From NCBI RefSeq assembly GCF_003334335.1, contig NZ_QOWQ01000006.1: a stretch of DNA of 64,000 nt; one strand, 5' to 3'. Positions 1 through 10,171 of the stretch are shown piece after piece (the first letter of the stretch is position 1; each line of letters begins with the position of its first letter). The notes beneath the pieces were generated by a model that was not told the DNA's origin, searched no databases, and worked only from the letters and a program-made list of their open reading frames with translations. The DNA comes from Escherichia coli. GTDB lineage: Bacteria; Pseudomonadota; Gammaproteobacteria; Enterobacterales; Enterobacteriaceae. Position numbers and translations under genes: made by a program.

Positions 1-311
1 GGATCTTTGCGGGTACGACCATCGCTGGCATACAGCGTCCCGTGACCTTCGGTGAATACATCATCAATGTATTTTTTCACTGTCCACGGCGCGCCCATCC
101 ACCAGCCTGGCATCTGCCAGATCACCACATCAGCCCAGAGAAAGTTTTGTACTTCCGCTTTGACATCGTAGTCGCTGTCGGCGCGAACGATGCGGACATC
201 ATGCCCAAGGTCGCGCAGTGTGCCATCCGCGACTTCGGTCAGGGTGTCGTTCAGTTGACCATTGGAGTGGGCGAATTTTTTCGCGCCGTTGATAATCAGG
301 ATGTTGCTCAT
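1..311 (-). CDS. mdaB: NADPH:quinone oxidoreductase MdaB (3' end cut by window edge)
   Basis: Reverse-strand translation from ATG at 309-311 reads MSNILIINGAKKFAHSNGQLNDTLTEV..., the MdaB N-terminus as I recall it; the +strand ORF 42..329 in the track is its antisense shadow. Confidence 0.9.
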   Translation of the reverse strand, partial: MSNILIINGAKKFAHSNGQLNDTLTEVADGTLRDLGHDVRIVRADSDYDVKAEVQNFLWADVVIWQMPGWWMGAPWTVKKYIDDVFTEGHGTLYASDGRTRKD

Positions 312-629
312 TTTTTAACCTCAAGGTGAGACGTTTGCCGACTATAGTACGTCACAGAGCGGTACGGTGAAATTAGCAAAATGTGCAAAGTCTTTTGCGA
401 ATTTAGCAAAAGTCTGATCTTACTCTGACTCACCGATGCAGGATAAATATTTTCTGAAAATGACAATACTGATAGCCATTCCTCATAATTCTTACTCGCA
501 CCGGAATAATTTACACGTTTGGTTCGGTTTTTTTGGGGATTGATAATATGGCTTTGAATAAGTAAAAGATGAAAGTATCAACGTGTCATGTTGATAATTA
601 TAAATGGATTTTTATGAGCGTACTGATAT

Positions 630-962
630 ATGTTAAAGCAGAAAATTAAAACAATATTTGAAGCATTGCTATATATAATGCTTACTTATTGGTTAATAGA
701 TTCTTTTTTTGCTTTCAATAAGTATGACTGGATGCTTGAGTCGGGAGGAAATATTTGCAGTATACCTTCCGTTTCAGGCGAAGATCGTATATTGCAAGCA
801 ATGATTGCAGCATTTTTTCTTCTTACGCCACTTATTATTCTTATCTTAAGAAAACTCTTTATGCGGGAAATGTTCGAGTTTTGGGTATATGTATTCTCGC
901 TCGGTATTTGTCTGGTTTGTGGTTGGTGGCTTTTTTGGGGACGGTTTATATTTTGCTATTAG
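630..962 (+). CDS. ygiZ: small inner-membrane protein YgiZ
   Basis: 110-aa hydrophobic ORF MLKQKIKTIFEALLYIML... matching size and position of ygiZ between mdaB and qseC. Confidence 0.75.
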   Translation: MLKQKIKTIFEALLYIMLTYWLIDSFFAFNKYDWMLESGGNICSIPSVSGEDRILQAMIAAFFLLTPLIILILRKLFMREMFEFWVYVFSLGICLVCGWWLFWGRFIFCY

Positions 963-1007
963 TAAAATCTATGAGAGTCGTTTTAACGGCTCTCATAGAC
1001 AGAGAAG

Positions 1008-2357
1008 TTACCAGCTTACCTTCGCCTCAAATCCACCTTGTTCCGCATTCCCAAATTCAACATTCATGCCATGCAATTTGGCGATTCGCTGGACAATCGA
1101 TAGCCCAAGCCCGCTGCCGGTAGCGGTTTGTCCGGGTGGGCGATAGAAGCGTTCGCCAATTCGCGCCAGTGCCTCTGGTGTCACACCGGGGCCGTTATCC
1201 CTCACGATGAAATTATCAGCATTCAGCGTGACGTCTACCACGCTGCCCTGTGGACTGTAGCGCACGGCGTTATCCAGCAAATTTCGCACCAACAAACTTA
1301 GCAATAGCGGTTGCCCGGTGCGTTTGATGCTGTGGGCATTGAGTGTCAGTCGCACGTCAATTTTCGCCTGCTGCGCCGTGTGGTAAATATCCATCACCGA
1401 CGATTGCAGGAGATCTTCAAGCGGGATCTCCGCGACGTCCTGAAGGTTATCCAGTGAGTCCAGCCGCGATAGCGTGAGCAGTTGATCAACCAGACGAGTA
1501 GCGCGATCGATCCCGGAATGTAATTGGAGCAGTGCTTTTTTCCGCGCCTGCGGATCATCGTCAGAGAGCTGCGCAACTTCGGTTTGCACTTTCAGCGCCG
1601 TTAACGGGCTACGAAGTTCGTGAGCTGCGTCGGAGGTAAAGCGTCGTTCACGAACCATCATCGCATGTGTGCGGGCGAACAGTTGATTTAGCGACTCAAC
1701 CAGTGGCCGCACTTCGCTGGGTACGCCAGTCGCGTTTAGTGGTTTTTCCGAGTCAGGGTCACGCATACGTAGTGCCAGCGCCAGTTTGTTCAGCGGCGCG
1801 AGTTCACGACCCAGTAGTACCATCATGATGATTAACATAATCGGCAGTGCGACCAGCCACGGGATCAATTGCCCGGCAACAATCGCCAGCGCCATGTCTT
1901 CACGGTATTCCCATTCCTGGCCAACAACGATGCGATATTTGCCATCAGGTGAGGTCATCCAGACAAAACGCCAAGGATCGTCTTCACCGACCAGTTGCCC
2001 GTCAGCAAAACCTTCCCGTTGATAGCTATAGGGAATATCTTCTCCGTTATCGCCATCATTAAGGACCATTCTGCCGTCGTGGGTAAAGATGGCAAAGGTC
2101 AGCGCATCGTCATCAACATGACCGTGTTTTAATCTATTTGGCGTCTGTGCCATGCGATCCGCCGCGTTGATTTCGTTGAGATCGAGCGTACTTAACCGCT
2201 TGGCAAACAGCATCAGTTGGGTGTCGAACAATTCATCGACGTTATCCGTTGTTTGTTTCCAGGCGACAAAGCTGGAAAGCAGCCAGGTCACCGAGGCCAG
2301 AATTAAAAAGATTAGCGTCAGCCTGACGCGCAGACTAAGACGTTGGGTAAATTTCAT
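1008..2357 (-). CDS. qseC: quorum-sensing sensor histidine kinase QseC
   Basis: 449-aa ORF with two TM segments, HAMP region, H-box ([12 protein letters not shown]) and ATPase G-boxes; 4-nt overlap with upstream qseB. Confidence 0.95.
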   Translation of the reverse strand: MKFTQRLSLRVRLTLIFLILASVTWLLSSFVAWKQTTDNVDELFDTQLMLFAKRLSTLDLNEINAADRMAQTPNRLKHGHVDDDALTFAIFTHDGRMVLNDGDNGEDIPYSYQREGFADGQLVGEDDPWRFVWMTSPDGKYRIVVGQEWEYREDMALAIVAGQLIPWLVALPIMLIIMMVLLGRELAPLNKLALALRMRDPDSEKPLNATGVPSEVRPLVESLNQLFARTHAMMVRERRFTSDAAHELRSPLTALKVQTEVAQLSDDDPQARKKALLQLHSGIDRATRLVDQLLTLSRLDSLDNLQDVAEIPLEDLLQSSVMDIYHTAQQAKIDVRLTLNAHSIKRTGQPLLLSLLVRNLLDNAVRYSPQGSVVDVTLNADNFIVRDNGPGVTPEALARIGERFYRPPGQTATGSGLGLSIVQRIAKLHGMNVEFGNAEQGGFEAKVSW

Positions 2358-3013
2358 TTCTCACCTAATGTGTAACCAATACCATGCACGGTACGAATAA
2401 AATCACTACCGAGTTTGCGTCGCAGATGATGCACATGCACTTCAACGGCATTACTGGTGACCTCTTCGTCCCAGGTATACAGTTTCTCTTCAATCAGTTT
2501 GCGCGGCAGTACCCGACCAGCGTTACGCATCAGTAATTCCAGCAGGGCAAATTCTTTTGGTTTCAGTGTTAAGGGTTCGCCAGCCAGCGTGGCGATACGT
2601 TTGCCGGGGTCGAGCATGACGTTACCGTGGCGCAGCTCGTTGCTGGCCTGGCCGTTGGTTCGGCGCATCAGAGCTTCCAGCCTGGCGGCGACTTCTATCA
2701 ACGCAAAAGGTTTACACAGATAATCGTCAGCTCCCAGACGCAGCCCTTCTACACGTTCCGCCAGCGCATCGCGCGCGGTCAGGATCAGTACCGGCTCACG
2801 CTGACCTTTTTCTCGCCATTCGCGCAAAATATCGCGACCATCCATGCCTGGTAAGGTTAAATCCAGGATCACCGCATCATAAGGTGCGCTATAAAGCGCC
2901 TCTTTTCCCTGACGACCTTGTGTAAACCAGTCGACGCTAAAACCCATTTTACTAAGGCCCGTTTTGATGCCGTCGCCAATCAGCATGTCATCTTCTATCA
3001 GTAAAATTCGCAT
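2354..3013 (-). CDS. qseB: response regulator QseB (OmpR family)
   Basis: 219-aa [18 protein letters not shown]... receiver domain plus winged-helix C-terminus; coupled to qseC. Confidence 0.95.
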   Translation of the reverse strand: MRILLIEDDMLIGDGIKTGLSKMGFSVDWFTQGRQGKEALYSAPYDAVILDLTLPGMDGRDILREWREKGQREPVLILTARDALAERVEGLRLGADDYLCKPFALIEVAARLEALMRRTNGQASNELRHGNVMLDPGKRIATLAGEPLTLKPKEFALLELLMRNAGRVLPRKLIEEKLYTWDEEVTSNAVEVHVHHLRRKLGSDFIRTVHGIGYTLGEK

Positions 3014-3164
3014 TTTTTCATCCCTGCGATAACCGTATTTGCTGCCAGTAAACCGTGTTGTAACGCGCTCTGTACAGCACTAAATTTTATTTTTTTCCCT
3101 TAAGAAGTTGTTAAGGACTATCTTGTTAAATGCTCGGAAACAGACATTAAAGGGAGTAATAAAC

Positions 3165-3557
3165 ATGAAAAAATTCGCAGCAGTAATCGCAGTAATGGCC
3201 CTGTGCAGCGCACCGGTGATGGCAGCAGAGCAGGGCGGTTTTTCTGGCCCATCGGCAACGCAAAGTCAGGCCGGAGGATTCCAGGGGCCGAACGGCAGCG
3301 TAACGACTGTAGAAAGCGCAAAATCCCTGCGTGACGACACCTGGGTAACCCTGCGCGGCAATATCGTTGAACGCATCTCTGACGATCTCTACGTGTTCAA
3401 AGATGCCAGCGGTACTATCAATGTTGATATCGACCACAAACGCTGGAACGGCGTGACGGTGACGCCGAAAGATACGGTTGAGATTCAGGGTGAAGTCGAT
3501 AAAGACTGGAATTCTGTTGAAATTGACGTCAAACAGATCCGCAAAGTAAATCCGTAA
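3165..3557 (+). CDS. ygiW: periplasmic OB-fold stress protein YgiW (VisP)
   Basis: MKKFAAVIAVMALCSAPVMA signal peptide, RBS AGGGAG upstream; the track ORF starts 19 codons earlier at a non-preferred start. Confidence 0.9.
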   Translation: MKKFAAVIAVMALCSAPVMAAEQGGFSGPSATQSQAGGFQGPNGSVTTVESAKSLRDDTWVTLRGNIVERISDDLYVFKDASGTINVDIDHKRWNGVTVTPKDTVEIQGEVDKDWNSVEIDVKQIRKVNP

Positions 3558-3562
3558 TTGTT

Positions 3563-3592
3563 ACCGCTCCCGGGACGCGTTCCCGGGAATAA
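3563..3592 (+). terminator. palindromic stem-loop after ygiW
   Basis: tcccggga-cgcgt-tcccggga inverted repeat immediately after the ygiW stop. Confidence 0.4.
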
Positions 3593-3609
3593 TTTCGCAG
3601 GGAGGCAAA

Positions 3610-4092
3610 ATGACAAACCTGACACTGGATGTAAACATTATCGATTTCCCATCAATACCTGTGGCGATGTTGCCGCACCGCTGTAGCCCTGAATTGCTCA
3701 ACTACAGCGTGGCGAAATTTATCATGTGGCGTAAAGAGACGGGGCTTTCTCCTGTTAACCAAAGCCAGACTTTTGGCGTCGCCTGGGACGACCCTGCCAC
3801 CACCGCACCGGAAGCGTTTCGCTTTGATATCTGCGGCAGCGTTAGCGAACCGATTCCCGATAATCGTTATGGTGTGAGCAATGGTGAACTTACCGGTGGA
3901 CGTTATGCCGTGGCCCGCCACGTTGGCGAGCTGGACGATATTTCACACACGGTATGGGGCATCATTCGCCACTGGCTGCCTGCAAGCGGCGAGAAAATGC
4001 GTAAAGCACCGATTCTGTTTCACTACACCAATCTTGCCGGAGGGGTGACAGAGCAGCGACTGGAAACGGATGTTTATGTGCCGTTGGCGTGA
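3610..4092 (+). CDS. ygiV: transcriptional regulator YgiV (GyrI-like effector-binding domain)
   Basis: 160-aa ORF MTNLTLDVNIIDFPSIPVAML... matches YgiV in size and sequence. Confidence 0.85.
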   Translation: MTNLTLDVNIIDFPSIPVAMLPHRCSPELLNYSVAKFIMWRKETGLSPVNQSQTFGVAWDDPATTAPEAFRFDICGSVSEPIPDNRYGVSNGELTGGRYAVARHVGELDDISHTVWGIIRHWLPASGEKMRKAPILFHYTNLAGGVTEQRLETDVYVPLA

Positions 4093-4223
4093 TGCCTGAC
4101 TCCAGCTTCCCTTATAAATTCCTGCTTCAAACTGGCGCTACTAATGCGCCACTTTCTTATATGGTCAATCACTTTCCTTAAAGAATACGTTTTGTGTGGT
4201 CACTATCTCCGTACATCTAACTA

Positions 4224-4234
4224 ACCTTTTAGGT
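4224..4234. promoter_or_regulatory. MqsA operator palindrome 1 (ACCTTTTAGGT)
   Basis: Perfect palindrome ACCT-N3-AGGT in the mqsR promoter; a second identical copy lies 32 bp downstream. Confidence 0.8.
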
Positions 4235-4255
4235 GCTTTTTCATTGCTGTAATTA

Positions 4256-4266
4256 ACCTTTTAGGT
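4256..4266. promoter_or_regulatory. MqsA operator palindrome 2 (ACCTTTTAGGT)
   Basis: Second copy of ACCTTTTAGGT, about 30 bp upstream of the mqsR start. Confidence 0.8.
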
Positions 4267-4296
4267 TATAACTAAAGTAACAGGGAGGCGGGGGTT

Positions 4297-4593
4297 ATGG
4301 AAAAACGCACACCACATACACGTTTGAGTCAGGTTAAAAAACTTGTCAATGCCGGGCAAGTTCGTACAACACGTAGTGCCCTGTTAAATGCAGATGAGTT
4401 AGGTTTGGATTTTGATGGTATGTGTAATGTTATCATTGGATTATCAGAGAGCGACTTTTATAAAAGCATGACCACCTACTCTGATCATACTATCTGGCAG
4501 GATGTTTACAGACCCAGGCTTGTTACAGGCCAGGTTTATCTTAAAATTACGGTAATTCATGACGTACTGATCGTCTCGTTTAAGGAGAAGTAA
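4297..4593 (+). CDS. mqsR: mRNA interferase toxin MqsR
   Basis: 98-aa ORF MEKRTPHTRLSQVKKLVNAGQVRTTRSALLNADELGLDFDG...; 1-nt gap to mqsA. Confidence 0.95.
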   Translation: MEKRTPHTRLSQVKKLVNAGQVRTTRSALLNADELGLDFDGMCNVIIGLSESDFYKSMTTYSDHTIWQDVYRPRLVTGQVYLKITVIHDVLIVSFKEK

Positions 4594-4594
4594 T

Positions 4595-4990
4595 ATGAAA
4601 TGTCCGGTTTGCCACCAGGGAGAAATGGTTTCTGGCATTAAAGATATTCCATACACCTTCCGTGGACGAAAAACAGTATTGAAAGGTATCCACGGTTTAT
4701 ATTGTGTCCATTGCGAAGAGAGCATCATGAATAAAGAAGAGTCAGATGCTTTCATGGCGCAAGTAAAGGCATTTCGGGCTTCGGTGAATGCCGAAACAGT
4801 GGCACCTGAATTTATAGTGAAGGTTCGAAAAAAGCTCTCTCTTACCCAAAAAGAGGCAAGCGAAATTTTTGGGGGAGGTGTAAATGCGTTTTCGCGTTAC
4901 GAAAAAGGCAATGCCCAACCTCATCCTTCCACAATCAAACTTTTACGTGTTCTGGATAAGCATCCAGAACTATTGAATGAAATCCGTTAA
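4595..4990 (+). CDS. mqsA: antitoxin / DNA-binding regulator MqsA
   Basis: 131-aa ORF with N-terminal Zn-binding CxxC...CxxC (CPVCHQ...CVHC) and C-terminal HTH. Confidence 0.95.
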   Translation: MKCPVCHQGEMVSGIKDIPYTFRGRKTVLKGIHGLYCVHCEESIMNKEESDAFMAQVKAFRASVNAETVAPEFIVKVRKKLSLTQKEASEIFGGGVNAFSRYEKGNAQPHPSTIKLLRVLDKHPELLNEIR

Positions 4991-5122
4991 TTAATGGAAA
5001 AGCGGGGGCAACTCGCTTTTTTCTTTACCGGAGTGTGAGCCAAATCACTCGCGATAAGTTTGAGCGAACAATGCCACAGGCGTATTGTTGTTGGGCTTAT
5101 AATTTCTCCGGTAAGGAATACC

Positions 5123-6730
5123 ATGTATACGCGAAATTTATTATGGCTGGTCAGCCTGGTAAGTGCGGCTCCTCTCTACGCTGCTGACGTTCCCGCCAAC
5201 ACACCGCTCGCCCCGCAACAAGTCTTTCGTTACAACAATCATAGCGACCCAGGTACGCTCGACCCGCAAAAGGTGGAGGAGAATACTGCCGCGCAGATTG
5301 TGCTGGATCTGTTTGAAGGTCTGGTATGGATGGACGGTGAAGGCCAGGTGCAGCCCGCTCAGGCTGAACGCTGGGAGATACTGGACGGCGGCAAGCGCTA
5401 TATTTTCCATCTGCGTAGCGGTTTGCAGTGGTCCGACGGTCAGCCTCTGACGGCAGAGGATTTTGTCCTCGGCTGGCAGCGCGCGGTTGACCCGAAAACG
5501 GCAAGCCCTTTTGCTGGCTATCTGGCACAGGCGCACATTAACAATGCCGCAGCTATTGTTGCGGGTAAAGCAGATGTTACATCGCTGGGTGTCAAAGCGA
5601 CGGATGATCGTACTCTTGAAGTTACGCTTGAGCAGCCGGTTCCTTGGTTCACGACGATGCTCGCCTGGCCGACGCTGTTCCCGGTTCCTCATCATGTCAT
5701 TGCTAAACATGGCGATAGCTGGAGTAAGCCAGAGAACATGGTTTACAACGGTGCCTTTGTGCTTGATCAGTGGGTAGTTAACGAAAAGATTACTGCACGC
5801 AAAAATCCAAAGTACCGCGATGCGCAACATACAGTATTGCAACAGGTTGAGTATCTGGCGCTAGATAATTCGGTCACCGGCTATAACCGCTATCGCGCGG
5901 GAGAGGTCGATCTCACCTGGGTTCCGGCGCAGCAAATTCCCGCCATTGAAAAATCACTGCCTGGCGAGCTACGAATTATTCCGCGTCTGAACAGCGAATA
6001 TTACAACTTCAACCTTGAGAAACCGCCATTTAACGATGTGCGAGTGCGTCGGGCGCTATATCTTACGGTTGATCGACAGCTTATTGCGCAAAAGGTACTG
6101 GGGTTGAGAACGCCCGCAACCACGCTGACGCCGCCAGAGGTAAAAGGCTTTAGCGCGACGACGTTCGATGAACTGCAAAAGCCAATGAGTGAGCGCGTCG
6201 CGATGGCAAAAGCCTTGCTGAAACAGGCGGGATACGACGCCTCTCATCCGCTACGCTTTGAGCTGTTCTACAACAAGTACGATCTGCATGAAAAGACCGC
6301 GATAGCGTTGTCTTCCGAATGGAAAAAATGGCTGGGTGCACAGGTGACGCTGCGCACAATGGAGTGGAAAACCTATCTTGATGCCCGACGAGCCGGTGAT
6401 TTCATGCTGTCTCGGCAGTCGTGGGATGCGACGTACAATGATGCTTCCAGCTTCCTGAACACGCTCAAAAGCGATAGTGAAGAAAACGTCGGTCACTGGA
6501 AAAATGCGCAGTATGACGCCTTACTAAACCAGGCCACGCAGATCACTGATGCGACAAAGCGTAATGCGTTGTATCAGCAGGCAGAAGTGATCATCAACCA
6601 ACAGGCACCGCTGATTCCTATCTACTATCAGCCGTTAATCAAACTGCTTAAACCCTACGTTGGCGGTTTTCCGCTGCATAATCCCCAGGATTATGTCTAC
6701 AGCAAAGAGTTGTATATCAAGGCACATTGA
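5123..6730 (+). CDS. ygiS: periplasmic solute-binding protein YgiS (ABC transporter family 5, oligopeptide/bile-acid type)
   Basis: MYTRNLLWLVSLVSAAPLYAADV signal peptide preceded by AAGGAA RBS; the track ORF is extended 21 codons upstream. Confidence 0.9.
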   Translation: MYTRNLLWLVSLVSAAPLYAADVPANTPLAPQQVFRYNNHSDPGTLDPQKVEENTAAQIVLDLFEGLVWMDGEGQVQPAQAERWEILDGGKRYIFHLRSGLQWSDGQPLTAEDFVLGWQRAVDPKTASPFAGYLAQAHINNAAAIVAGKADVTSLGVKATDDRTLEVTLEQPVPWFTTMLAWPTLFPVPHHVIAKHGDSWSKPENMVYNGAFVLDQWVVNEKITARKNPKYRDAQHTVLQQVEYLALDNSVTGYNRYRAGEVDLTWVPAQQIPAIEKSLPGELRIIPRLNSEYYNFNLEKPPFNDVRVRRALYLTVDRQLIAQKVLGLRTPATTLTPPEVKGFSATTFDELQKPMSERVAMAKALLKQAGYDASHPLRFELFYNKYDLHEKTAIALSSEWKKWLGAQVTLRTMEWKTYLDARRAGDFMLSRQSWDATYNDASSFLNTLKSDSEENVGHWKNAQYDALLNQATQITDATKRNALYQQAEVIINQQAPLIPIYYQPLIKLLKPYVGGFPLHNPQDYVYSKELYIKAH

Positions 6731-6867
6731 TGCCTTTATCGCCGTCGGAGCACGTCCGGCGGCGCTATTCACGCTGATCTCCTGTGACTCGACGCGGCAG
6801 ATAATGTAGTATCTCCGGCAATATTGCCCCTTTGAAGGCTGGCGAATAAGTTGAGGAATCAGAATTA

Positions 6868-9126
6868 ATGAGCGATATGGCAGAGCGCCTTGCGCTACAT
6901 GAATTTACGGAAAACGCCTACTTAAACTACTCCATGTACGTGATCATGGACCGTGCGTTGCCGTTTATTGGTGATGGTCTGAAACCTGTTCAGCGCCGCA
7001 TTGTGTATGCGATGTCTGAACTGGGCCTGAATGCCAGCGCCAAATTTAAAAAATCGGCCCGTACCGTCGGTGACGTACTGGGTAAATACCATCCGCACGG
7101 CGATAGCGCCTGTTATGAAGCGATGGTCCTGATGGCGCAACCGTTCTCTTACCGTTATCCGCTGGTTGATGGTCAGGGGAACTGGGGCGCGCCGGACGAT
7201 CCGAAATCGTTCGCGGCAATGCGTTACACCGAATCCCGGTTGTCGAAATATTCCGAGCTGCTATTGAGCGAGCTGGGGCAGGGGACGGCTGACTGGGTGC
7301 CAAACTTCGACGGCACTTTGCAGGAGCCGAAAATGCTACCTGCCCGTCTGCCAAACATTTTGCTTAACGGCACCACCGGTATTGCCGTCGGCATGGCGAC
7401 CGATATTCCACCGCATAACCTGCGTGAAGTGGCTCAGGCGGCAATCGCATTAATCGACCAGCCGAAAACCACGCTCGATCAGCTGCTGGATATCGTGCAG
7501 GGGCCGGATTATCCGACTGAAGCGGAAATTATCACTTCGCGCGCCGAGATCCGTAAAATCTACGAGAACGGACGTGGTTCAGTGCGTATGCGCGCGGTGT
7601 GGAAGAAAGAAGATGGCGCGGTGGTTATCAGCGCATTGCCGCATCAGGTTTCAGGTGCGCGCGTACTGGAGCAAATTGCTGCGCAAATGCGCAACAAAAA
7701 GCTGCCGATGGTTGACGATCTGCGCGATGAATCTGACCACGAGAACCCGACCCGCCTGGTGATTGTGCCGCGTTCCAACCGCGTGGATATGGATCAGGTG
7801 ATGAACCACCTCTTCGCTACCACCGATCTGGAAAAGAGCTATCGTATTAACCTTAATATGATCGGTCTGGATGGTCGTCCGGCGGTGAAAAACCTGCTGG
7901 AAATCCTCTCCGAATGGCTGGTGTTCCGCCGCGATACCGTGCGCCGCCGACTGAACTATCGTCTGGAGAAAGTCCTCAAGCGCCTGCATATCCTCGAAGG
8001 TTTGCTGGTGGCGTTTCTCAATATCGACGAAGTGATTGAGATCATTCGTAATGAAGATGAACCGAAACCGGCGCTGATGTCGCGGTTTGGCCTTACGGAA
8101 ACCCAGGCGGAAGCGATCCTCGAACTGAAACTGCGTCATCTTGCCAAACTGGAAGAGATGAAGATTCGCGGTGAGCAGAGTGAACTGGAAAAAGAGCGCG
8201 ACCAGTTGCAGGGCATTTTGGCTTCCGAGCGTAAAATGAATAACCTGCTGAAGAAAGAACTGCAGGCAGACGCGCAAGCCTACGGTGACGATCGTCGTTC
8301 GCCGTTGCAGGAACGCGAAGAAGCGAAAGCGATGAGCGAGCACGACATGCTGCCGTCTGAACCTGTCACCATTGTGCTGTCGCAGATGGGCTGGGTACGC
8401 AGCGCTAAAGGCCATGATATCGACGCGCCGGGCCTGAATTATAAAGCGGGTGATAGCTTCAAAGCGGCGGTGAAAGGTAAGAGCAACCAACCGGTAGTGT
8501 TTGTTGATTCCACCGGTCGTAGCTATGCCATTGACCCGATTACGCTGCCGTCGGCGCGTGGTCAGGGCGAGCCGCTCACCGGCAAATTAACGTTGCCGCC
8601 TGGGGCGACCGTTGACCATATGCTGATGGAAAGCGACGATCAGAAACTGCTGATGGCTTCCGATGCGGGTTACGGTTTCGTCTGCACCTTTAACGATCTG
8701 GTGGCGCGTAACCGTGCAGGTAAGGCTTTGATCACCTTACCGGAAAATGCCCATGTTATGCCGCCGGTGGTGATTGAAGATGCTTCCGATATGCTGCTGG
8801 CAATCACTCAGGCAGGCCGTATGTTGATGTTCCCGGTAAGTGATCTGCCGCAGCTGTCGAAGGGCAAAGGCAACAAGATTATCAACATTCCATCGGCAGA
8901 AGCCGCGCGTGGAGAAGATGGTCTGGCGCAATTGTACGTTCTGCCGCCGCAAAGCACGCTGACCATTCATGTTGGGAAACGCAAAATTAAACTGCGCCCG
9001 GAAGAGTTACAGAAAGTCACTGGCGAACGTGGACGCCGCGGTACGTTGATGCGCGGTTTGCAGCGTATCGATCGTGTTGAGATCGACTCTCCTCGCCGTG
9101 CCAGCAGCGGTGATAGCGAAGAGTAA
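6868..9126 (+). CDS. parC: DNA topoisomerase IV subunit A
   Basis: 752-aa [35 protein letters not shown]... with GyrA-like N-terminal domain and the active-site Tyr region. Confidence 0.97.
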
Positions 9127-9359
9127 TATGCCGGGGAGGGCGCTGTTTCCTCCCGCTTGCAAGGAACGCCGGATGAAACGTTAAGTCGTCATCCGGCAGC
9201 GTATTCAACCCCCGGAAACGATAAAAATTCCCTTGAAACCGTTGTTTATTCATGCGTTGCGATTAACAATACGCTTTTCCAGAGAGCGGCTTTTAACAAT
9301 GCCCTAACCTGATTTCAGGTGACGTACAATGCCAGTCTCTCAGACCTTCAGAGGGTGTT

Positions 9360-10097
9360 ATGCTATATATCTTTCGTCTTATTATTACCGTGATTTACAG
9401 CATCTTAGTCTGTGTATTCGGCTCCATTTACTGCCTTTTCAGCCCGCGTAACCCGAAACATGTGGCCACCTTTGGGCATATGTTTGGCCGTCTTGCGCCG
9501 CTGTTTGGCCTGAAAGTTGAGTGCCGTAAACCTACAGACGCTGAAAGCTACGGCAATGCTATCTATATCGCTAACCACCAGAACAACTATGACATGGTGA
9601 CAGCATCGAACATCGTGCAACCGCCGACGGTGACGGTAGGTAAAAAGAGCTTGCTGTGGATCCCCTTCTTCGGGCAGTTGTACTGGTTAACCGGCAACTT
9701 ATTGATCGACAGAAACAATCGCACTAAAGCTCACGGCACCATTGCGGAAGTAGTGAATCACTTCAAAAAACGCCGTATTTCCATCTGGATGTTCCCGGAA
9801 GGAACCCGCAGCCGTGGTCGCGGCCTGCTACCGTTCAAGACTGGAGCATTTCACGCGGCAATTGCGGCGGGCGTCCCGATTATTCCCGTGTGCGTCTCTA
9901 CAACTTCGAATAAGATTAATCTTAATCGACTGCACAACGGTCTGGTGATTGTCGAAATGCTGCCGCCAATTGACGTCAGTCAGTATGGCAAAGATCAGGT
10001 TCGTGAGCTGGCTGCCCATTGTCGTTCGATAATGGAACAAAAAATCGCCGAGCTCGATAAAGAAGTCGCAGAACGCGAAGCCGCCGGAAAAGTTTAA
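9360..10097 (+). CDS. plsC: 1-acyl-sn-glycerol-3-phosphate acyltransferase
   Basis: 245-aa ORF with HX4D acyltransferase motif (NHQNNYD) and FPEGTRS motif. Confidence 0.95.
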   Translation: MLYIFRLIITVIYSILVCVFGSIYCLFSPRNPKHVATFGHMFGRLAPLFGLKVECRKPTDAESYGNAIYIANHQNNYDMVTASNIVQPPTVTVGKKSLLWIPFFGQLYWLTGNLLIDRNNRTKAHGTIAEVVNHFKKRRISIWMFPEGTRSRGRGLLPFKTGAFHAAIAAGVPIIPVCVSTTSNKINLNRLHNGLVIVEMLPPIDVSQYGKDQVRELAAHCRSIMEQKIAELDKEVAEREAAGKV

Positions 10098-10171
10098 GTC
10101 GGCAATCTGTATTTTTGCGGGGAACACTTTCCTGCACGGTATTACTTTAGCCAGTTTTACATGGAGCAAAT

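Noticed and set aside
42-329. Plus-strand ORF of 95 aa at the window start
   Set aside because: It is the antisense shadow of mdaB, whose recognisable N-terminus is read on the minus strand from 311
7651-8490. Long antisense ORFs inside real genes, e.g. 7651-8490(-) in parC, 12055-13272(-) in ygiQ, 29900-30850(-) in hybC, 35105-36025(-) in gss, 62095-63627(-) in sslE
   Set aside because: Each lies entirely within, and antisense to, a well-supported conserved gene; their products are low-complexity and Arg/His-rich, typical of GC-rich antisense shadows
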